Shown here: one piece after another, positions 30,579 to 40,238 of the stretch
Numbering within the stretch: the stretch's first letter is position 1
Layout: each line of letters starts with the position of its first letter
Assembly: GCA_948629335.1 (NCBI GenBank)
Contig: CAPHZB010000001.1
Span: forward strand, 1-59,027
Source: an uncultured Bacilli bacterium
Lineage (GTDB): Bacteria > Bacillota_I > Bacilli_A > RF39 > UBA660
Length of the DNA stretch: 59,027 nt
Direction of reading: 5' to 3'
Translations under genes and position numbers: made by a program
Notes under the pieces: model-generated
Told to the model about the DNA's origin: nothing
The model's input: only the letters and a program-made list of their open reading frames with translations
The model's database searches: none

Positions 30579-31730
30579 ATGAGAAATACATCAAAATTTC
30601 ACAAATCTTTCAAGTTTAAAAAGTATACTTTAAGCGAGGTGGTAGAAGTGAAGTGTAAAAAATGTGGCAAAAAAATCACGCATAAAGATTCCTATTGTGG
30701 AGAATGTGGAGAAGAAATTAACCAAAAAGAATATAGGGAAAAACAAAGAAAAAAGATAATCAAATCAATTATCATTGTAGGTATTGTTTGTATCTTTCTA
30801 ACCTGTTTAAGTATGGTAACTTTACATGTAAATTCTCCTAGATATATAGCCTTAAAATATTTTAATACAGTAGCATCTTCTGATACGGATAAGATTTATA
30901 ATTATATTAAGGGGAAAGAATCGTTATTTGTTAGTGAAAATATTCTAAAAGAAAAAGATAGTTTACAAAAAAATATAGAAGATGTTTCAATTACTAGAAT
31001 TTATGAAAATCAGAATAAAACTTATGTCGAATTTTCATATACATTGAATGGAAAGAATACAATATCGTATGTGGAATTAAAAAAGAAAAAGATTTTTAAT
31101 ATTCTAGATACATATGAAGTTATAAGTGGAAAGGTGTCATCAAATATAGAATTTGTGGTACCTAAAAATAGTACAGTAACGATTGATGAAAAAGATATTT
31201 CTTCTTATTTACAAAAAGATAAAACGAGCCAGTATGATACCTATTATATAAAAGATATGATAAAAGGAGATTATACAATTGAAGTCACTTTTGCAAATGG
31301 TTTAAAGATAAAAAAAGATATTTCAGTAGAAGATGGTAGAACTTATAAAATAATAGATGTGTGCCTTACAAAGGAACAGGAAAAACAAATAGAAACTAAA
31401 AGCATTACTTCTTTGAATCTCCTTTCTGAAGCTGCTTTGACGAATAAGGATTACAGTGCAATTTCATCTTCATTTCAACAAGATATAGGCATCTTATATA
31501 AAAGTATCAAAAGAAACATTACAAATAAGGAGATAACAGCTTTAAAATATACAGATTGTGAAATCAAAGATACATATATCAATCATGATGGAAATGTAGA
31601 AGTCTCTTTACTTGTTGATTATTCTTATACATATAAGAGTGAAGTAGAAGGAACAAAAACAAAAGAAACATCTCATTTTATAACGTTAACATACGTTTAT
31701 CAAAATGATACATTTCTGTTAACTAACTGA
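30579..31730 (+). CDS. Zinc-ribbon membrane protein (YvbJ-like), paralog 1
   Basis: CKKCGKK...CGECGEE ribbon, Lys-rich linker, one TM, then an extracytoplasmic domain. The true start may be GTG at 30648, after GAGGTGG. Confidence 0.65.
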   Translation: MRNTSKFHKSFKFKKYTLSEVVEVKCKKCGKKITHKDSYCGECGEEINQKEYREKQRKKIIKSIIIVGIVCIFLTCLSMVTLHVNSPRYIALKYFNTVASSDTDKIYNYIKGKESLFVSENILKEKDSLQKNIEDVSITRIYENQNKTYVEFSYTLNGKNTISYVELKKKKIFNILDTYEVISGKVSSNIEFVVPKNSTVTIDEKDISSYLQKDKTSQYDTYYIKDMIKGDYTIEVTFANGLKIKKDISVEDGRTYKIIDVCLTKEQEKQIETKSITSLNLLSEAALTNKDYSAISSSFQQDIGILYKSIKRNITNKEITALKYTDCEIKDTYINHDGNVEVSLLVDYSYTYKSEVEGTKTKETSHFITLTYVYQNDTFLLTN

Positions 31731-31816
31731 ATGATACTATTCCACATAGCAAAAATCATTTATTCTTGACAAAAAACAACAAAGATTATACTCTTATATA
31801 AGAGAGGAGTGGAATT

Positions 31817-33091
31817 ATGTATTGTAGTGTGTGTGGTGCAGAATGTAAAAAGGAAGATGCATTTTGTGGAGAATGTGGCGCGAAATTAGAGAAAAAAGAA
31901 GAAAATAAATCACAAAAGATAGAAAAAACAAATATAAAAGAAACAAGAACAAAAGAAAAAAATACCATAACAAAGAAAAATAAAGTTATGATTGTAAGTA
32001 TTCTTATAGCACTTGTTCTATTATTTGGGGGATACCAAGTAGGAAGACATATATATTCTCCTAAGACAGTTGCAGATCGATATATTAAAGCAATTCAAAA
32101 TGGAGATGCTGATGCACTTTATAAATATTTAGGAATAGAAGAAGATGATCATACATTTGTTACAAAAAAGATATTTAAAGAATTAACAGATGATGAAACA
32201 AAGAGTAAAACGATTGAAAACTATAAAATTACAGATGTAACTTATAGTAGTGGAAACTTAAGTGCGACAGTTTCCTTTAAATATACATCGAAAGGTAGTG
32301 CTTCTGAATCTACAGGGCAAGTTTATTTAACAAAGAAAAGTAAAAAGAACTTATTCATTTTCGATAATTGGAAAGTTAGTAATTCGAATGAAACAACTGT
32401 AGTAAAAGATTTTATTTTAAAAGTTCCAACAGGTTCAAAAGTAACTTATGCTGGAGTTAATGTAGAAGATAAGTATTTAGAAAAGAATAAAGATGATTCA
32501 AAAATAGAAGCTAGTTATGATGTATATGTACTTCCTCAGGTGTTTGCTGTAAAAACGAAAGTCACAGCTATTTTGTCGAACGGGATTACGATAGAAGAAG
32601 ACGTAACTCCCTCAAATTATCATACAAATGCTACATTGACTCTTTCTAGGGATAATGTAAGTAACGAGGTTCAAAAAAACTTAAATGCAAGTGCAAAAGA
32701 AATTTTAACTACCATATATAATGCAGCAATTGAAAAAAAATCTTTTGAAGAAATTAAGAAAAATTTTGAGAATAAAGATGTAGATTTAGAAAAACTAGAA
32801 AAGAGTTATCAAGAGTTTGTATCTTCGCTATCCTCTGAATCGAATCAGTTAACAAAGATAGAATTTCAGGATAGTTCTATATATAGTTTGGGAATGGATG
32901 GAGAAAATTTAAAAATTCGTTTTAAATTAAAATACGATTATACAGTAAAATATAATTCGTACTTTAGTAATGAAGAACAAACACATAATGATTCTGCAAG
33001 TAGTTATATAACCCTTATATTGGGAATAAAGGAAAATAGTTACTATTTGGTTGATTTTGAAAATATAGTAACGTATTTTTCAAGATATTAA
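31817..33091 (+). CDS. Zinc-ribbon membrane protein (YvbJ-like), paralog 2
   Basis: MYCSVCGAECKKEDAFCGECGAKL ribbon, Lys-rich linker, one TM, and an extracytoplasmic domain with the same organisation as the preceding gene. Confidence 0.7.
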   Translation: MYCSVCGAECKKEDAFCGECGAKLEKKEENKSQKIEKTNIKETRTKEKNTITKKNKVMIVSILIALVLLFGGYQVGRHIYSPKTVADRYIKAIQNGDADALYKYLGIEEDDHTFVTKKIFKELTDDETKSKTIENYKITDVTYSSGNLSATVSFKYTSKGSASESTGQVYLTKKSKKNLFIFDNWKVSNSNETTVVKDFILKVPTGSKVTYAGVNVEDKYLEKNKDDSKIEASYDVYVLPQVFAVKTKVTAILSNGITIEEDVTPSNYHTNATLTLSRDNVSNEVQKNLNASAKEILTTIYNAAIEKKSFEEIKKNFENKDVDLEKLEKSYQEFVSSLSSESNQLTKIEFQDSSIYSLGMDGENLKIRFKLKYDYTVKYNSYFSNEEQTHNDSASSYITLILGIKENSYYLVDFENIVTYFSRY

Positions 33092-33102
33092 AAGGAGCGT
33101 GC

Positions 33103-33849
33103 TTGAAAATGGCAAAATTTTGTACAAAATGTGGAAAAAAGTTAGAAGAAGGGAAACCTTGTGATTGTGAAAAAGAAAAAAAGATAGAGAAGGAAAAAGA
33201 GATAGAAGAACAAAAGGAAAGAACAAATGAAAAATTTGATATACAGTCTTATGTAAATACATATATAGAAATTCTAAAGAATATTTTTACAAAACCAGTG
33301 GATACAGTAAAAAAATTTGCGACTGAAGAAAACTTTATTTTAGGATTAATAGCAATTTTAATTAATAGCTTAATATCAGGTGTATTTGTATACTGTTTTA
33401 CGAAGGAAGCACTTAATTCTGTAACATCTGGTATGGGTATGTATGGTCTAGCACTTGGCTTAGGTGTAGAAATTCCATTTTTACAAGTAGTTATTTATGG
33501 AACCGTTTTTATGGTAGCTAGTTTCTTAATGACATCTTTGATGATTTTTGTTTTCACAGGGTCATTATTTAAGGACGATATGAATTTTAAAAGAGCAACT
33601 GCATTAGTAGGCACTTGTTCTGTGTTTACAACAGTTACTACACTCGCATGTATAGTGCTTGCACTTATTTCTATTGAACTTGCTAGTTATGTATTACTCA
33701 TTGCTGGAATTCTATACTTTACACATTTATACCAAGGTATGGTAGAAATAACAACATTTGATAGAAATAAACTTGCTTATGTATTTACAGGTGTAATTGC
33801 AATAACTGTGTTTGTTGTATTCTATATCTTACCAAAAATATTATTTTAA
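33103..33849 (+). CDS. Zinc-ribbon protein with Yip1-like multi-TM domain
   Basis: FCTKCGKKLEEGKPCDC ribbon, EK-rich linker, and about five TM segments. The start is TTG at 33103 or ATG at 33109. Confidence 0.65.
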   Translation: MKMAKFCTKCGKKLEEGKPCDCEKEKKIEKEKEIEEQKERTNEKFDIQSYVNTYIEILKNIFTKPVDTVKKFATEENFILGLIAILINSLISGVFVYCFTKEALNSVTSGMGMYGLALGLGVEIPFLQVVIYGTVFMVASFLMTSLMIFVFTGSLFKDDMNFKRATALVGTCSVFTTVTTLACIVLALISIELASYVLLIAGILYFTHLYQGMVEITTFDRNKLAYVFTGVIAITVFVVFYILPKILF

Positions 33850-34029
33850 AGAGAATGTAAAGACGTTTACATATGTAACACTTTCGTTTATACAGAACTA
33901 GGATAAGTTACCTAGTTTTTTGTTCTGTAATCATTTAAAATAGATTTTTTCTTTTCTTCTATTTCTTTTGCATGTATAATAGAGGTGTAAATGAAAAGAA
34001 AGTGTATGTTATAGTAGGAGTAGTGAAAC

Positions 34030-34521
34030 ATGGAAAGAATTGATAAAATAAATTACTATCTTGATTTAGCGGAGACTGTATTAGAAAGAAGTACTTGTAT
34101 TCGTAGTAAGTATGGAGCTGTCATTGTTAAAAATGATGAAATTATAGCAACTGGCTATAATGGGGCACCACGTGGTAGGAAAAACTGTTGTGAACTGGGA
34201 AGATGTATTCGAGAAGAATTAAATATCCCAAGAGGAGAAAGATATGAATTATGTCGAAGTGTTCATGCAGAACAAAACGCGATTATTAGTGCTGAAAGGA
34301 CAAAGATGATTGGTTCCACTTTATATTTAGTGGGAAAGAAAAGTCAACAAAATGATTTATATGTCATCAAGCCTAATCCGTGTTCTTTGTGCAAAAGAAT
34401 GATTATCAATGCAGGAATTAAAGATATTTATATTCGGGATAGCAAGGAAGAATATCGACATATTGATGTGCATACATATATAGAAAATGATGAATCCTTA
34501 GAAGGAATTTCAGGTTATTAG
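34030..34521 (+). CDS. comEB: dCMP deaminase (ComEB-type)
   Basis: Cytidine/deoxycytidylate deaminase zinc motifs VHAEQNAI and PCSLCKRMI. Confidence 0.85.
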   Translation: MERIDKINYYLDLAETVLERSTCIRSKYGAVIVKNDEIIATGYNGAPRGRKNCCELGRCIREELNIPRGERYELCRSVHAEQNAIISAERTKMIGSTLYLVGKKSQQNDLYVIKPNPCSLCKRMIINAGIKDIYIRDSKEEYRHIDVHTYIENDESLEGISGY

Positions 34522-34545
34522 AATTGTTAAGAAGAAGGTGGATGG

Positions 34546-36015
34546 ATGAATTTATCGAAAACAAAATATTGTAGGGGAGTTCAATGTAAAAAGATGCTTT
34601 GGCTAGATACATATAGGCCAGAAGAAGCCATGCAAACAAGTGATGAGGCTGTTTTAGAAAATGGAACAGAAGTGGGAGAACTTGCAAAAGGATTATTTGG
34701 TCCTTATCAAGATGTTCCTTTTTCAGAAGATTTAAAGCAAATGGTTCAGAAAACAAAGGAATTATTATCACATAAAAATATTATCATTACAGAAGCTTCT
34801 TTTCAATTTGAAAATCTATTTTGCAGTGTGGATATTTTAAAAAAGAAGGAAGATACAATAGAAATATATGAAGTAAAAAGTTCAACAGAAGTAAAAGACA
34901 TTTATGTTCATGATATTTCGTATCAATATTATCTATTAAAAAAATTGGGGTATTCAATTACAAAAGCTTCTATTGTTTACATAAACCCTTTTTATGAGAG
35001 AAAGGGAAAACTTGATTTAAAAAAGTTATTTGTTATTCATGATGTTACTAAGGTGGTAGAAGAAAATAGAAAACAAGTGGAGAAAAATATATCTCTTATG
35101 GAAGAATGTATAAAAAATCAAGAGATAAAGGATAATATAGATCTTCATTGCTTTAAGCCATACCCATGTCCTTATTTTTCTTATTGTACAAAACATCTAG
35201 GAAAGAATAATATATTTGAATTAAAAAGAATGCCAAAGAAACAAATGATTGAACTTTATAAAAAGGGAGTAACTACTTTTGAACAATTGAAAACAAGTGA
35301 TATAAAGGAAGTGTATAAAAGGCAAATTCTGTATGCGTTAGAAGATCATTCTCTACATATTGATGTAGAAAAAATAAAACAGTTTTTGTCTACATTTCAT
35401 GAACCTCTTTACTTTTTAGATTTTGAGACATTTCAAGAATCTATCCCAAAATATGATTATACAAGACCCTATATGCAAATTCCATTTCAATATTCCCTAC
35501 ATTATATCGAAAATGGAGAATTAAAACATAAGGAATTTCTTAGTAATCCTACTATAGATCCAAGAAGAGAGATTGCTTTAAAACTGGTAGAGGATATTCC
35601 TAAAGACGCTTGTGTTGTTGCTTATAATATGATGTTTGAAAAAATGATTATTAAACATTTAAGCGAATTATATCCTGATTTGAAAGAACATTTATTGTGT
35701 ATTCATGCAAATATGAAAGATTTAATGATACCCTTTAAAGAAGGATATTATTATACGAAAGCCATGCAAGGTTCTTACTCAATTAAATATGTCCTTCCTG
35801 CTTTATTTCCAGAAGAGAAGGACCTTGATTATCATAATTTAGATACAGTTCATAATGGAAAAGAAGCAATGACTTTATTTAAGGAAATTATAGATAAGGA
35901 TGAAGAGGAAACAAGGCATATTCGTGAATCCTTACTTGCTTATTGCAAATTAGATACATACGCTATGGTAAAAATATGGAATAAATTAAATGAAATTTGC
36001 ACGGAAGAAAACTAA
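34546..36015 (+). CDS. DUF2779-like protein: PD-(D/E)xK (Cas4-like Cys cluster) fused to a DEDD-type exonuclease-like domain
   Basis: SVDIL...IEIYEVKSS (D...ExK). HCFKPYPCPYFSYC Cys cluster. YFLDFETFQ (Exo I-like). AYNMMFEKMI. ...AYCKLDTYAM (Exo III-like). Confidence 0.7.
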   Translation: MNLSKTKYCRGVQCKKMLWLDTYRPEEAMQTSDEAVLENGTEVGELAKGLFGPYQDVPFSEDLKQMVQKTKELLSHKNIIITEASFQFENLFCSVDILKKKEDTIEIYEVKSSTEVKDIYVHDISYQYYLLKKLGYSITKASIVYINPFYERKGKLDLKKLFVIHDVTKVVEENRKQVEKNISLMEECIKNQEIKDNIDLHCFKPYPCPYFSYCTKHLGKNNIFELKRMPKKQMIELYKKGVTTFEQLKTSDIKEVYKRQILYALEDHSLHIDVEKIKQFLSTFHEPLYFLDFETFQESIPKYDYTRPYMQIPFQYSLHYIENGELKHKEFLSNPTIDPRREIALKLVEDIPKDACVVAYNMMFEKMIIKHLSELYPDLKEHLLCIHANMKDLMIPFKEGYYYTKAMQGSYSIKYVLPALFPEEKDLDYHNLDTVHNGKEAMTLFKEIIDKDEEETRHIRESLLAYCKLDTYAMVKIWNKLNEICTEEN

Positions 36016-36040
36016 AAAAGACTATTGAATCTCAATAGTC
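36014..36040 (-). terminator. Intrinsic terminator for the small Gly/Tyr-rich gene
   Basis: GACTATTGA-GAT-TCAATAGTC on the minus strand, followed by U6. Confidence 0.55.
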
Positions 36041-36066
36041 CTAGACCCTATTTATTTAGGTTCGTC

Positions 36067-36231
36067 TTAGTTATTCCATGCTCTAGCACCAATTATGATG
36101 ACTAAAAGAATAAATAAAACTAGGATAATAGCTGCACCGTATCCAGCTCCATAGCCATATCCGCCATTACCGCCGTATCCACAACAAGGATTTCCACAGC
36201 CATAACCTTGATATCCACCGTAATAATACAT
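36067..36231 (-). CDS. YjcZ-like small Gly/Tyr-rich sporulation membrane peptide (54 aa)
   Basis: Absent from the ORF track. GGAGG RBS. Sequence: MYYYGGYQGYGCGNPCCGYGGNGGYGYGAGYGAAIILVLFILLVIIIGARAWNN. A Gly/Tyr-rich head plus a hydrophobic tail is the YjcZ-family pattern. Confidence 0.6.
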   Translation of the reverse strand: MYYYGGYQGYGCGNPCCGYGGNGGYGYGAGYGAAIILVLFILLVIIIGARAWNN

Positions 36232-36414
36232 CGTATTACCTCCTATCTAAGTCTACTATAGTTTACTCAAATGATTCAATTTGGTGCGTGGTAATTAACT
36301 ATATTTAGTAGATAAAGCATAGGAAAATAAAAATATAAAAAAGGGCAAGGATTTATAAAATAGAATTGTATATATAGTAGAGATAAAAAATATCTCGAAA
36401 AAAGGAGGATTTAT

Positions 36415-37257
36415 ATGAAAGATAAAATAGTAATATTATTAAGTGTAATTGTATTAGGACTTGGAAGTTACCTTGTGTATGATAAAGTTAATCAGGAGAA
36501 ATCAAAACCAGAAGTAAACGTAGATCAAGGAAAAGAAGAAGATTTAAATCAAGTGATGAAAATGTTAAAAAAACAGGTTGAGGATAGTAACATATTCAAA
36601 ATTATGAGTAAAGACAATACAGAATTCAATTTTAATAAAGAGAATTTTTCTATAAACAAAGATAATATTTTAGCACATACACTTACTCTTTTAGATGAAG
36701 AGGAAAAATATGATAGTGGTAAAACATGGAATGTTATAAGCATAGAAAAACTAAACCAACACTTAAAAAAGGATTATGGAATTGATAGTCTTTCTACGTA
36801 TCCAGATATGAAGCTTCATGGTACCAATTATAAGTATGATGCGAGTGCGAAAAAGTATACAGCAAAACAAGAATATGCGACTGATATAGATCCGCAAGGT
36901 ATAGTACCAGATAGTATAGTTGCTACAGATATAGTGAAAAATGGAGATGAATATGTACTGACTTTAATAACTGCTACAATTGGTGATGGTTTTTATGGAG
37001 ACTTTGATACTGTATACTTTGACAGATACCAAACGATTGAAGCAATGTTAGATACTAAGAAACTAGAAACTGAATCTTGTGAAAGTTCGCAATGCCCCCT
37101 TGTACAATCTGAAAAGAATAGAACTATATTAACAGGTTTATTAGAGGAATATGTACAAAAGAATAAAGAAAGTATACCTTATAGTTATCAATTTGTTTTT
37201 AAAAAGGATAACAATGGTTCATTTTATATTACTTGTTTTAAAACAATAAAGAAATAA
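36415..37257 (+). CDS. Hypothetical membrane-anchored protein
   Basis: GGAGG RBS and an N-terminal TM anchor. No motif recognised. Confidence 0.6.
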   Translation: MKDKIVILLSVIVLGLGSYLVYDKVNQEKSKPEVNVDQGKEEDLNQVMKMLKKQVEDSNIFKIMSKDNTEFNFNKENFSINKDNILAHTLTLLDEEEKYDSGKTWNVISIEKLNQHLKKDYGIDSLSTYPDMKLHGTNYKYDASAKKYTAKQEYATDIDPQGIVPDSIVATDIVKNGDEYVLTLITATIGDGFYGDFDTVYFDRYQTIEAMLDTKKLETESCESSQCPLVQSEKNRTILTGLLEEYVQKNKESIPYSYQFVFKKDNNGSFYITCFKTIKK

Positions 37258-37370
37258 AGATAGGCGAAAATATAACTATCTTTTTAATTGAATGTTGCTG
37301 TTTAATAGGTACTTTCTTACTTGAGAAAAGTGTGTATATATGGTATGATGAATAAAAAGTAGGGGATAGA

Positions 37371-38528
37371 GTGAGAAAAATAATGAAAGCAATAAAAGAT
37401 ATGGATAAGATTTTTCTTATTGTATCAATTATTCTGTTTGTATTTGGGTTATTTAATATTGTAACAGCTTCTAGTCAAGTTTCTGTTTTACGCTACAATC
37501 AATCCTTATATAACTATTTTTATAAACAACTATTTATTCTAGTGTTAGGTCTTATATTGACCATTTGTATTTTGATACTTCCAACAAAGAGTTATTATTT
37601 ATTTGGAAAGGCAGGATATTTTGTTATTGCTGCTCTTTCTATTTTAGTAACGTTTAAAGGAGAAAATTGGAGTGGGAACCAAAACTGGATTACGCTTCCT
37701 GTAATTGGAGCTGTACAACCAAGTGAATTTGCAAAACCGTTTATGATTGTCTATGTATCTCTCCTTTTTGAACAATTTTATCGGAAATTAAGAAATAAAA
37801 ATATAAAACACTATGATATGATTGGAAAAATTATATTAATTGGTGCCTTTTTCCCTATTATTATTTTTACACAAAAAGACTATGGAACTATGCTGATTAT
37901 TGGATTCATTTTCGCAATCTTATTTCTAACAAGTCCTATTTTAAAAATAGAAAAATTAAAAACAGTGGGAATCGTTTTGGGGTTAGGAATTTTCGCTTTT
38001 CTTGTACTTTTAATAAGTGCGAAAGGAATCTTTTCTAGTGCTCAGGAAAGCCGTTTTCAATTCTATGATCCATGTAGCAGATATGAAAATGGAGGATACC
38101 AAGTATGTAATGGTTTTATTGCTATCAATTCTGGGGGGCTTACTGGAGTAGGAATTGGAAACAGTCGTCAAAAATCTTATATTCCAGAATCACATACAGA
38201 CTCCGTTTTTGCTATTATTGCAGAAGAATATGGTTTTGCTATGACCTCTTTATTGTTTTTCTTATATATCGTTATTTTATATCGTATTTTGAAATTAGCG
38301 TCTGTTGTAAAAACGATACGAGGAAAATACATGTGTTTGGGAATATCCGTTTATATTTTCTTACATATTTTTATTAATTTGGGTGGATTATTTGGTTCAC
38401 TTCCTTTAACGGGAGTCCCACTTCCTTTCCTATCGTATGGTGGGTCATTTACCTTATCTCTTATTATTGCTCTTGCTATTGTACAAAGGATTCATATAGA
38501 ATATAAAAATGAAAAAATAAAAATTTAG
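37371..38528 (+). CDS. FtsW/RodA/SpoVE-family peptidoglycan glycosyltransferase (SEDS)
   Basis: About 10 TM segments. SEDS patterns QPSEFAKP, PESHTDSVFA and LPLTGVPLPFLSYGGS. Confidence 0.9.
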   Translation: MRKIMKAIKDMDKIFLIVSIILFVFGLFNIVTASSQVSVLRYNQSLYNYFYKQLFILVLGLILTICILILPTKSYYLFGKAGYFVIAALSILVTFKGENWSGNQNWITLPVIGAVQPSEFAKPFMIVYVSLLFEQFYRKLRNKNIKHYDMIGKIILIGAFFPIIIFTQKDYGTMLIIGFIFAILFLTSPILKIEKLKTVGIVLGLGIFAFLVLLISAKGIFSSAQESRFQFYDPCSRYENGGYQVCNGFIAINSGGLTGVGIGNSRQKSYIPESHTDSVFAIIAEEYGFAMTSLLFFLYIVILYRILKLASVVKTIRGKYMCLGISVYIFLHIFINLGGLFGSLPLTGVPLPFLSYGGSFTLSLIIALAIVQRIHIEYKNEKIKI

Positions 38529-38673
38529 AAATTTTTTAAAGCATAAAAAAATGCTATGCAATGTCATAGTATTGAAACATAGGCTCATAGGCGAGACTAG
38601 GGGCATAACCGTATGAGTCTTCGCCATAATAAGGTATAGTATTACCCTTATTATGTTGCATGTAGCCATTTTT

Positions 38674-39297
38674 TTATTTAATTTTAGAAATAATTTTTTT
38701 TAGTCTTTCAATGAATTTTTCTTTATCATTTAAAAGATTATGTAATTCTTTTAAATAATTGTTGTATTCTATATCTTCTAAAAAGAAATTAGCATAACCA
38801 TCATTACCAAACTTTTTTAATGTATGTTTATAACACTCTTCAATTGTTTCATTCTCATTAAGTTTATCAAAATGTGTAATGCTATAAAGATAAATTCTTT
38901 TTAATGAGTCATCAACATTTATGTTTCTATCTGCAGATGATAATAGTTTTCCATAAATACTTCTGGGTTCTCTATCTAACGAAGCTCTATGATCTTCTAT
39001 CGCTTCTTTCATTATTATTAGATTCTTGTCACTAAAAAACTTCTTTAAATTTGTATCATTATACATAATTTGAGCAGAAACCTTTTCATGATTTTTATAA
39101 TCTATATGATGACCAATGTCATGATATGCAGCTATTACATAAAGCATATTAATATCAACATTCATGTTTTTACTTAATTTATAGCATCTATTGATAACAT
39201 ATTTAACATGCTCTATTTGGTGCCCTTTATCATTTAGTTCATATTGAGGAAATATATTTTGTTCAATATATCTTTTTAATTTTTCATTCACATTCAT
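38674..39297 (-). CDS. HD-domain phosphohydrolase
   Basis: H...AAYHDIGH HD motif; about 200 aa. Confidence 0.7.
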   Translation of the reverse strand: MNVNEKLKRYIEQNIFPQYELNDKGHQIEHVKYVINRCYKLSKNMNVDINMLYVIAAYHDIGHHIDYKNHEKVSAQIMYNDTNLKKFFSDKNLIIMKEAIEDHRASLDREPRSIYGKLLSSADRNINVDDSLKRIYLYSITHFDKLNENETIEECYKHTLKKFGNDGYANFFLEDIEYNNYLKELHNLLNDKEKFIERLKKIISKIK

Positions 39298-39477
39298 TAA
39301 CTCATCTCCATAAATTTAATACATACCCATTTATAAATTATATAAGTAACTTTAAGTTTATAAGAATTAATATGTTCACTTGTTTTTATCTATCATTAAT
39401 AGTATAACATTTATAAGGATATTTAGTTAGTTTAGGTACTATTCCCCTTTACTTTTAGAAGTGGAAGGTGAAATTTT

Positions 39478-39570
39478 ATGGGAAAGAAAGATAAATATCT
39501 TTGTACTATCATAATACTCCTTATTATTGTGATTTTAGTCATTTTAATAAAAATAGTACCAACTGTATAA
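39478..39570 (+). CDS. Candidate small hydrophobic peptide (30 aa)
   Basis: GGAAGGTG RBS 7 nt upstream. Sequence MGKKDKYLCTIIILLIIVILVILIKIVPTV has a charged head and one TM. It lies in an otherwise non-coding stretch. Confidence 0.25.
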   Translation: MGKKDKYLCTIIILLIIVILVILIKIVPTV

Positions 39571-40034
39571 GTCGGTATTAAAACAATTATTTTTGGAATA
39601 GTACCTAACTCGTCAAAACTAGGTATTCCTTTTTTATTATACGCAAGTTTCTTTGACATGTTCATAATAACATATTTTACTATTCCTGTCAAAAATGGAT
39701 ATCTCTTATGCTTTTCCATAATAATATAAAAATTTTATATAAAGTAGTGTAGTAAATTAGTAGTAAAATTTCTTTAACTTTGTGGCATATGTAGAGTTTG
39801 TGGGTAGGATTATGTGACATGAAATAAAGAATCAAAGAGCGAACGAATTGATTTTATTGTAACTCTTAATTTTTTATTTCATGTTTTTATAATGGTGGAT
39901 ACAACAAAGGGTACCTTTGTTGGTTATCTGTATTAAAATAAATATCTATTGTATGGTAAACAAACAGGAAGATTAGAACAAGTCAGAAGTATCATATCTG
40001 TTAGATTTTGGATATTTCTAAATCCATAGCTTTT

Positions 40035-40232
40035 TCATAATGAATGAGTTTTTTCGGGTTGTTTTAATTTTTTCCTTTCCTCACCATTTAATAATTCAGA
40101 TACATCTACTTTTAATTCTTTTGCCAAAGGAAGCAGCAAAGATATACCAGGGGGTTCTTTTCCTGTTTCGTTGTACAAATGACACAGGCATTTTTCAAAT
40201 AAACTCTTATTAAGTTGAATTTTATTGACCAT
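40035..40232 (-). pseudogene. Remnant of an XRE-type HTH gene
   Basis: ...YNETGKEPPGISLLLPLAKELKVDVSELLNGE resembles the WE.GK..PDISLL..LA..L tail of HTH_3 proteins. The N-terminal helix region is garbled. Confidence 0.4.
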
Positions 40233-40238
40233 AATTTT

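Noticed and set aside
39432-39719. 95-aa minus-strand ORF
   Set aside because: It has no RBS or recognisable motif and lies in a region that otherwise looks non-coding. The plus-strand 30-aa ORF with an RBS is a marginally better, though still weak, candidate.
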